This document shows, piece by piece, positions 57,955-64,000 of a stretch of DNA of 64,000 nucleotides. The position numbers were made by a program, and so were the translations under genes. Under the pieces are notes generated by a model. That model was not told the origin of the DNA, searched no databases, and saw nothing but the letters and a program-made list of their open reading frames with translations. Numbering within the stretch: the first letter of the stretch is position 1; each line of letters opens with the position of its first letter. The stretch is from an uncultured archaeon (GTDB taxonomy: Archaea > Thermoproteota > Nitrososphaeria > Nitrososphaerales > Gagatemarchaeaceae). Location: NCBI GenBank assembly GCA_963817525.1, contig CAWFOU010000007.1:832001-896000 (forward strand), given 5' to 3'.

Positions 57955-59817
57955 TGTCCAAGCGAGTGACGGAACCATTAGTGGTTCTCGCCGGAATAGC
58001 CCTCTTCGTCTTCGGTCTCGCACTGAGAAACGGGGTGTTTCCATCGCTGACGTCCGGAGTGTATGGAAATCTCTTCGGCGTCTCCGTCGTTTCGGTCGGC
58101 GTAGGCATAGTAACCGTCGGAATAGTAGACGCAGTAACTTTCCTAGCGTCTGGGAAATTTAGGCCGGAATCTCGCGGCTTCATGGAAAAGGTATCGCCAC
58201 CCAGCTCGATAGCAAGGCCTTTGCTCAATTCGATGTCCGGCGAAGTCTCCTCGAAAATGTCTGCGGCGGGGCTCGTAGTCAACCCACTCCTCTACGTCAC
58301 TCCGTACGTCACGTTCGCAATAATTTCGCTTACCATCACAATCCCGGTATCCTTGTTTCTCTTCCTGATGTTCCGGTTCCCACTTTTCCTCGTCATCAAC
58401 GTCTTGCCTGTGCTGATTCTCATCGCACCCACGGTCACGGTGAGCGATAGGCTTGGGAAGACAACCGCTGGTGTCGAGAGCGAGCTTCCGTACCTCGCTC
58501 TATTTGCGGCAGTGCTTCAATCCTCAGGAATTTCCCTCTATCATACGTTGGTGAAGATGAGAGAAACCGGTAAGTTCACCTGGATAGCTCTAGAGGCCGC
58601 ACTCATAGAAAAGGAGAACGTCTTCTTCGGCAAGACTGAGGCCCAAGCAATTCAGGAGCGAGCCAGGATTCATCCTAGTCAGAAATTCAAGCAATACCTT
58701 CAGGGCTACGCTTCGACCATAACGAGCGGTGGTGACGTGTCCAGATACCTCGAAGACAAGGTGAACCAGTTCTTGGGATGGAGCGAATTCAACTGGAAGA
58801 AGTATGCAAACGACAGCTCGGACATTGGCGAGGCCGTGATCTCGATCTTCTTCGTGCTGCCGATGATAATCCTCACAATGTCGTTCATCTATCCGAACGC
58901 TACCTTGAACATCGTTGAACTGATGGTCTTCCTCATCCTTCCGATGCTGAGCGGCGCGGCGTACTTCCTGATCGACAAGTCCCAACCTAAGAGTCACAAC
59001 ACCATCACCGTCAATCATTCGACTAGCCTTGGTGCTTTCTGTTGCGTCTGGGGTCTTTACAGCACTGCTCTTCCCAACGTTGTATTGGTTGGTCGTCGCC
59101 ACTTCCGTCGGCGTCTTCGCGTTCTTCGTCGGACGTTCTTCATTCACGCAGTTGCACGACATAAAGAAGATCGAGGAAGACTTGCCTCAGTTTCTCAGAG
59201 ACCTTACCGAGTACAAGAAGATAGGCTACGACATCACGAAGGCTATTCAGAAGCTTGCTGAAGAAGGCAACTATTCGAAGCAGTTTACTACCCTGATTCA
59301 GGACGTGAGCAAGCAGCTCAGCCTGGGACTGCGCATGAAGGAGGTCATAATCAAGACAAGGTCGTGGCTAACCGGCATGATGTTTGACCTGACCGCTGAC
59401 ATTGTCGAATCTGGAGGCGGAACACCGGAACTGCTCGAGATGGTCACAGACTTCACGCAGAGAATCGAGACGGTCAAGAAGGAGACGAAGTCGAACATGC
59501 GACTGTATGAGATTCTCTCAGTGGCAACACCCGTTGGTCTAACGGTGATGATCGTCCTGATTCAATTCATGCTCCAGCAGTTCGGCGGAATTGTCAGCTC
59601 AGGAGTTCATACGGGCTTCCTCAGCGAGTTCTCAAGTCCGTCATCTCAGTTCTTGGACTTGACAAAGCTTCTCATCATAGAGGCTTCGGTGGCGACTGCT
59701 TTCCTAGCGAGTAAGGCGATCGACTTCACCAACTACAGCACCTACCGGGTCTTCATGGTAGTCGTTCTCGTTGTGGCCGCGTTCGGTCTCGTGCAACTGG
59801 TGACACCAATATTCTAG
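57954..59817 (+). CDS. Type II secretion F-domain platform protein (FlaJ/TadC-like), frameshift near 59020
   Basis: Two T2SF-like halves (ESELPYL..; IEEDLPQFLRDL..ESGG) split across ORFs 57954-59261 and 59029-59817. Confidence 0.82.
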
Positions 59818-59947
59818 CCCGAGCAGACGGAAGAGCATAGGTGAGAGCAGTTGAGCGACGACTCTCGTAAAGCGAGTGCACGCCAAGGGGGGAAAGGATA
59901 ACTAGTCACGCCAGGTTCATCGGCCAGGTAGAAGGTCTTAGCAGAGC

Positions 59948-61120
59948 ATGGCTTTGCAGTCTCCCGAGCAGTTCTCCCGCGAATATTTTGATTGGTCTGA
60001 GGAGGAGTTCGCGCAAAGGTTCGTAGCGAAGATCTCCGCGGGGCGGCTCAAGCAGAACGAGTCATACATCGACCTGAAGTTGGAGAAAAAGTCCTCCACG
60101 CAGAAGGTGAAGGCGGCCTACAAGGACGCGGTCAACCTCCCGAGCCTCGTGAAGCTGCTCCCCGGGCTCGCCTCCAACCCGACCCCTGCCGATTACGTCA
60201 AATCCGTCAACGGCTTCTTCAAGGACAACAAGGGCGGCGACCTTTTCCATTGGTGGAGGAAGATGAGGGCAGGGACCAAGACCCCGCTCTTCGGCTCGGC
60301 CGACATCATCAACGTCTGCAACCTAAAGTGCGTCCACTGCTACTGGTGGACCAACAGGCAGCCGACGGCAGGTGAGCTGACCCCCGAGCAGTGGAGGGTC
60401 GTCATCCGAAACTCCTTCAAGAAGATGAGGATAGCGAACGTCACGGTCGTCGGCGGCGAGCCGATGCTGAGGAAGGACGTCGTCCAGGTCTTCTCGGAGG
60501 AGATGAGGAACAGGATGAGCGTGGTCACGAACGGCACTCACCCGATGATACACATCAACGGGCTCTACTTCGTGTCCGTCGACGGGACGGAGGAGACCCA
60601 CAACCGCATCCGCGGCCCGAACACATACGCAAAGATGAAGACGAACATCAAGAACTTCGTCGAGACGGGAGGCCACGTCGACGCCAACATGACCTTGAAC
60701 ACACTGAACTACAAGACCGTGATAGACGTCCTTCGCGAGTGGGACGACATCGTGGGTAGGATAAGCATCCAGTTCCACACGCCCTTCATCGACAACGACC
60801 CGCTGTGGCTCCCCTTCGGAGAGGAGAGGGACAAGACCATCGACAGCATCATGGAGTACAGCAGCAAGGAGAACAGGCACTTCGTGGTGAACTCGAAGGA
60901 GCAGTTCGACCTCATGCGCGGCAACTGGGGGTCCATGTGCCCCAACTGGATGATTCTGCCACTGGACTATCGGGGCAACATCAAGACGCCGTGTTGCATG
61001 GGGAGCGCAAACGAAGCCGCGCTGCAGCCGCACTGCGACCAGTGCGGGCTCGCGCCCTACTCGGGCATCCTCGCAGGGCTCTTCCCGACAGAGCAAGCGC
61101 AAGTCCTGCGGAATAGTTGA
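59948..61120 (+). CDS. Radical SAM protein
   Basis: CNLKCVHC, GGEP, TNG, SVDG..H..IRG, C-terminal Cys cluster. Confidence 0.88.
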   Translation: MALQSPEQFSREYFDWSEEEFAQRFVAKISAGRLKQNESYIDLKLEKKSSTQKVKAAYKDAVNLPSLVKLLPGLASNPTPADYVKSVNGFFKDNKGGDLFHWWRKMRAGTKTPLFGSADIINVCNLKCVHCYWWTNRQPTAGELTPEQWRVVIRNSFKKMRIANVTVVGGEPMLRKDVVQVFSEEMRNRMSVVTNGTHPMIHINGLYFVSVDGTEETHNRIRGPNTYAKMKTNIKNFVETGGHVDANMTLNTLNYKTVIDVLREWDDIVGRISIQFHTPFIDNDPLWLPFGEERDKTIDSIMEYSSKENRHFVVNSKEQFDLMRGNWGSMCPNWMILPLDYRGNIKTPCCMGSANEAALQPHCDQCGLAPYSGILAGLFPTEQAQVLRNS

Positions 61121-61193
61121 GCGGCTGCAATCGCCGTAATTCCCAATGCCAAACAACCACCCTTAAATATAAGTGAGGGTCAGAAGGGGTTTA

Positions 61194-61277
61194 ATGCAAC
61201 GCATCAGCACGGTCGGTTCGAGTCCAGCATGCTTTTCGCTCGACAATATCACGGTTGCGTTGTTAGTTTTAGTCTAG
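61194..61277 (+). promoter_or_regulatory. Ile/Leu/Val-rich leader peptide (uORF) of the ilvB-ilvN-leuA operon
   Basis: ATG about 24 nt after a TTAAATAT box; MQRISTVGSSPACFSLDNITVALLVLV*. Confidence 0.7.
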
Positions 61278-61344
61278 AGCCTCGCTCCGGGGTTTCGCGC
61301 ATGCGAGGCATTGGTTACGGTTTCAATATTGGTGAATCCATAGA

Positions 61345-63069
61345 ATGACAGAAAAGATGTCGGGCGCACGTGCCACAGTGGAGGCTCTCGAGCGGGAGAA
61401 GGTAGAGTACATCTTCGGGATGCCGGGCGGCGCGAACCTCCCGCTCTACGACGCCCTATGGGATTCCAAGATCAAGCACGTCCTCGTCCGGCACGAGCAG
61501 CTGGCGGCCCACATGGCGGACGCCTATGGCAGGGTCTCGAGAAAGGCGGGGGTGTGCTCCGCCACTTCCGGGCCTGGCGCGACCAACCTGATAACGGGGA
61601 TAGCCACCGCCTACGCCGATTCCTCCCCGGTGGTGGCGATTACGGGCCAGGTACCGAAGGCGATGACGGGCAGGAACGCCTTCCAGGAGACCGACATCAT
61701 CGGCATCGCCACGCCCGTGACAAAGTACACGCTGCAGCCGCTCTCTGCGCAGGAGGTCCCGTTCGCGGTCAAGGAGGCGTTCTACCTCGCGACCACGGGC
61801 AGGCCTGGCCCCGTGCTCCTGGACCTCCCCAAGGACGTGCAGCAGGAGGAGGCGGAGATGACCTTCCCGGACAGCGTCACCGTGAGGGCTTACAGGCCGA
61901 GTGCGCCCGTCGACGCCCAGGACGTCGAGCGCGCGGCCGCCATGATACTAAAGGCCGAGAGGCCGATATTCTGGGGAGGCGGAGGGGTGAGGATCGCAGA
62001 CGCCGCGCAGCCGTTCGCGGCCCTCGCGGAGCTGCTGATGGCGCCGGTCATCACGACGCTCCAGGGGAAGGGAGACTTCCCGGAGGACCATCCTCTCTCG
62101 CTCGGCCCCATCGGGATGCACGGCCGAGCCGAGGCCAACAAGCTGGTCTCCGAGTGCGACCTGCTCGTCGCGGTCGGCGTCAGGTTCTCGGACAGGTCCA
62201 CGGGGAACTTCGGGGAGTTCGCCCCGGGCGCGAAGATAATCCACATCGACGCGGACCCCACCGAGTTCAACAAGAACAGGGCCGTCGACCTCTCGATACT
62301 GGGAGACGCCAACGTGGTCCTCGGGATGCTCTTCGACGCGGTCGCGAAGAAGATAGCAAAGAGCAAGGACCCGACCAACAACCCGTGGCTCAAGCGGGTC
62401 AACGCGGTCCGAGAGGAGATGAAGGGCATCCCCGCCTACAAGGACTCGTACGCGGACCTTTCGGGCCCGAAGATCGTCAAGAGGCTCCGCGACATCCTCC
62501 CGCCGGAGGCGATACTCACCACGGGGGTCGGAAGGCACCAGATGTGGTGCGAGATCCACTACAAGGTCCTCAGGCCGAGGACTTGGATAACCTCGACCGG
62601 GCTGGGGACGATGGGCTTCGGCCTTCCCGCGGCCGTGGGGGCCAGGTTCGCCAACCCGAACGTGCCGGTGGTGGACTTCGACGGCGACGGCAGCTTCGTC
62701 ATGACCGAGCAGGCCCTGGCGACAGCGGTCGAGGAGAGGCTCCCGATAATCTCGGTGATCCTCAACGACAGGAGCCTCGGGATGGTCGAGCAGTGGCAGA
62801 GGCTCATGTACAACAGGCGCTACATCGGCATCAAGTTCCCCAACACGCCCGACTTTGTGAAGCTCGCGGAGGCATACGGCGCACACGGAAAGACCGTGGG
62901 CTCGCTCGACGAGTTCGCAAAGGCGATGCGCGAGGGGCTGACAATCGAAGGGCCGACGGTCATCGAGGTGCCCGTCTCGCCTGAGGAGGACGTCTTCCCG
63001 TTCCTGCCCCCGGGCAAGGGGATCAAGGACACGGTCTACGGCTCCTCGAAGGAGATGGCCGTCTTTTGA
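61345..63069 (+). CDS. ilvB: Acetolactate synthase large subunit
   Basis: FGMPGGA, RHEQ, TSGPGATN, GTMGFGLP, GDGS TPP motif. Confidence 0.96.
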   Translation: MTEKMSGARATVEALEREKVEYIFGMPGGANLPLYDALWDSKIKHVLVRHEQLAAHMADAYGRVSRKAGVCSATSGPGATNLITGIATAYADSSPVVAITGQVPKAMTGRNAFQETDIIGIATPVTKYTLQPLSAQEVPFAVKEAFYLATTGRPGPVLLDLPKDVQQEEAEMTFPDSVTVRAYRPSAPVDAQDVERAAAMILKAERPIFWGGGGVRIADAAQPFAALAELLMAPVITTLQGKGDFPEDHPLSLGPIGMHGRAEANKLVSECDLLVAVGVRFSDRSTGNFGEFAPGAKIIHIDADPTEFNKNRAVDLSILGDANVVLGMLFDAVAKKIAKSKDPTNNPWLKRVNAVREEMKGIPAYKDSYADLSGPKIVKRLRDILPPEAILTTGVGRHQMWCEIHYKVLRPRTWITSTGLGTMGFGLPAAVGARFANPNVPVVDFDGDGSFVMTEQALATAVEERLPIISVILNDRSLGMVEQWQRLMYNRRYIGIKFPNTPDFVKLAEAYGAHGKTVGSLDEFAKAMREGLTIEGPTVIEVPVSPEEDVFPFLPPGKGIKDTVYGSSKEMAVF

Positions 63070-63551
63070 CCAGGACGTCGAAGGTCCTCTCGACCCTCGT
63101 GGAGAACAAGCCCGGGACGCTCTTCAGGGTCATCCACCTGGTGAGGCTCATGCGCCTCAACATCGAGGGGCTCACCCTCGGAGTGACCAACGGCGGCGCA
63201 GACTGCAGGATGACGATGACGCTGAGCGGGGACGACGCCGCCGTGGAGCACGTGGCGAAGCAGCTCATGAAGGTCATAGACATCCTCGAGGCTCACACCT
63301 ACGGGCCGGAGGAGGTCACTGCGAGGGAGCTGGCCCTGGTGAAGATCAACACGGACAAGATCTCCGTGGCCGAGATACAGAGGAACACGGCCTGCCGGAT
63401 AGTCGACTCCTCCAAGCACTCCGTCGTGGCCGAGATAGTCGGCTCGGCGAAGCAGATCGACGAGTTCGTGGAGAGGCTCGGAGAGTCCAACGTCCTCGAC
63501 ATCGCCAGGACCGGTGTCGCGGCGCTCCCGAAGGAGACGACGTCGCGATGA
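63066..63551 (+). CDS. ilvN: Acetolactate synthase regulatory (ACT) subunit
   Basis: LVENKPGTL, RELALVKI, DIARTG. Confidence 0.9.
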   Translation: MTRTSKVLSTLVENKPGTLFRVIHLVRLMRLNIEGLTLGVTNGGADCRMTMTLSGDDAAVEHVAKQLMKVIDILEAHTYGPEEVTARELALVKINTDKISVAEIQRNTACRIVDSSKHSVVAEIVGSAKQIDEFVERLGESNVLDIARTGVAALPKETTSR

Positions 63552-64000
63552 CCGAGAGGATAATCCGCGTCCTCGACACCACGCTCCGGGACGGGGAGCA
63601 GACGCCCGGGGTATCGCTCACTCCTGACGAGAAGCTGGAGATAGCGGTGGCGCTGGACAGGCTAGGGGTCGATGTCATCGAGGCGGGCTTCCCGATCACC
63701 TCCAAGGGCGAGCAGGAAGGGGTCAGAAGGATCGCGAGGGCGGGCCTCAAAGCCGAGATATCGGGGCTCGCGAGGGCGGACAAGGTCGACATCGACACGG
63801 CGGTCAACTGCGGCGTGAAGGGAGTCCACGTCTTCCTAGGCTCGTCGGACATCCACCTCCAGCACAAGCTCCACATGACGAGGGAGCAGATGGTGAAGCA
63901 GTCGGCCGACATGGTGAGGTACGCGAAGAGCTTCGGGGTCAAAGTCGAGTTCTCGGCCGAGGACGCGACGCGGACCGAGATCCCGTTCTTCAAGGAGGTC
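63548..64000 (+). CDS. leuA: LeuA-family synthase (2-isopropylmalate or citramalate synthase), truncated by the window end
   Basis: DTTLRDGEQTPG, IEAGFP, FSAEDATR; ATGA overlap with ilvN. Confidence 0.85.
   Translation, partial: MTERIIRVLDTTLRDGEQTPGVSLTPDEKLEIAVALDRLGVDVIEAGFPITSKGEQEGVRRIARAGLKAEISGLARADKVDIDTAVNCGVKGVHVFLGSSDIHLQHKLHMTREQMVKQSADMVRYAKSFGVKVEFSAEDATRTEIPFFKEV

Noticed and set aside
46320-59030. Frameshifts in E2 (about 46330), the adhesin tail (about 56180), the ATPase tail (about 57880) and the TadC-like gene (about 59020) as programmed frameshifting or phase variation
   Set aside because: Single-base indels, some in short homopolymers, scattered across unrelated and otherwise intact genes are more simply explained as assembly errors. 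Raw reads are needed; the same caveat applies to the two LAGLIDADG pseudogene calls.
59818-59947. Additional ribozyme or att site at the right edge of the pilus locus
   Set aside because: Only a short hairpin is visible; no recognisable ribozyme core or direct repeat matching the left edge

Overview
Archaeal chromosomal segment, mostly GC-rich. Gene content and leaderless TATA-box promoters suggest a Nitrososphaerota/Thaumarchaeota-like lineage (inference). Housekeeping content: toprim protein, dnaG, pelota, S2P protease, tRNA thiolase, SRP RNA, an Opp ABC transporter, two intron-containing tRNAs (Ser-GCT, Val-TAC), a his operon, an intein-containing PurD-like ligase, TFB, an Smc5/6-like ATPase with kleisin-like and kite-like partners, Lhr, ilvD/ilvC, a lipA-E1a-E1b-E2 2-oxoacid dehydrogenase cluster and ilvB-ilvN-leuA. 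Selfish elements: one TnpB IS, one intein and two free-standing LAGLIDADG genes. The most striking observation lies in an AT-richer type IV pilus locus (about 51.9-59.8 kb). The first, probably major, pilin gene is bracketed by two same-strand, covarying type I hammerhead ribozymes. These would excise a 555-nt pilin mRNA with 5'-OH and 2',3'-cyclic-phosphate ends, a potential natural circular or ribozyme-processed mRNA. Also notable are an Ile/Leu/Val-rich leader peptide upstream of ilvB, a similar uORF upstream of hisG, and several genes that appear to start at ATA/ATT/CTG codons. Several single-base frameshifts in otherwise intact genes suggest assembly indels.
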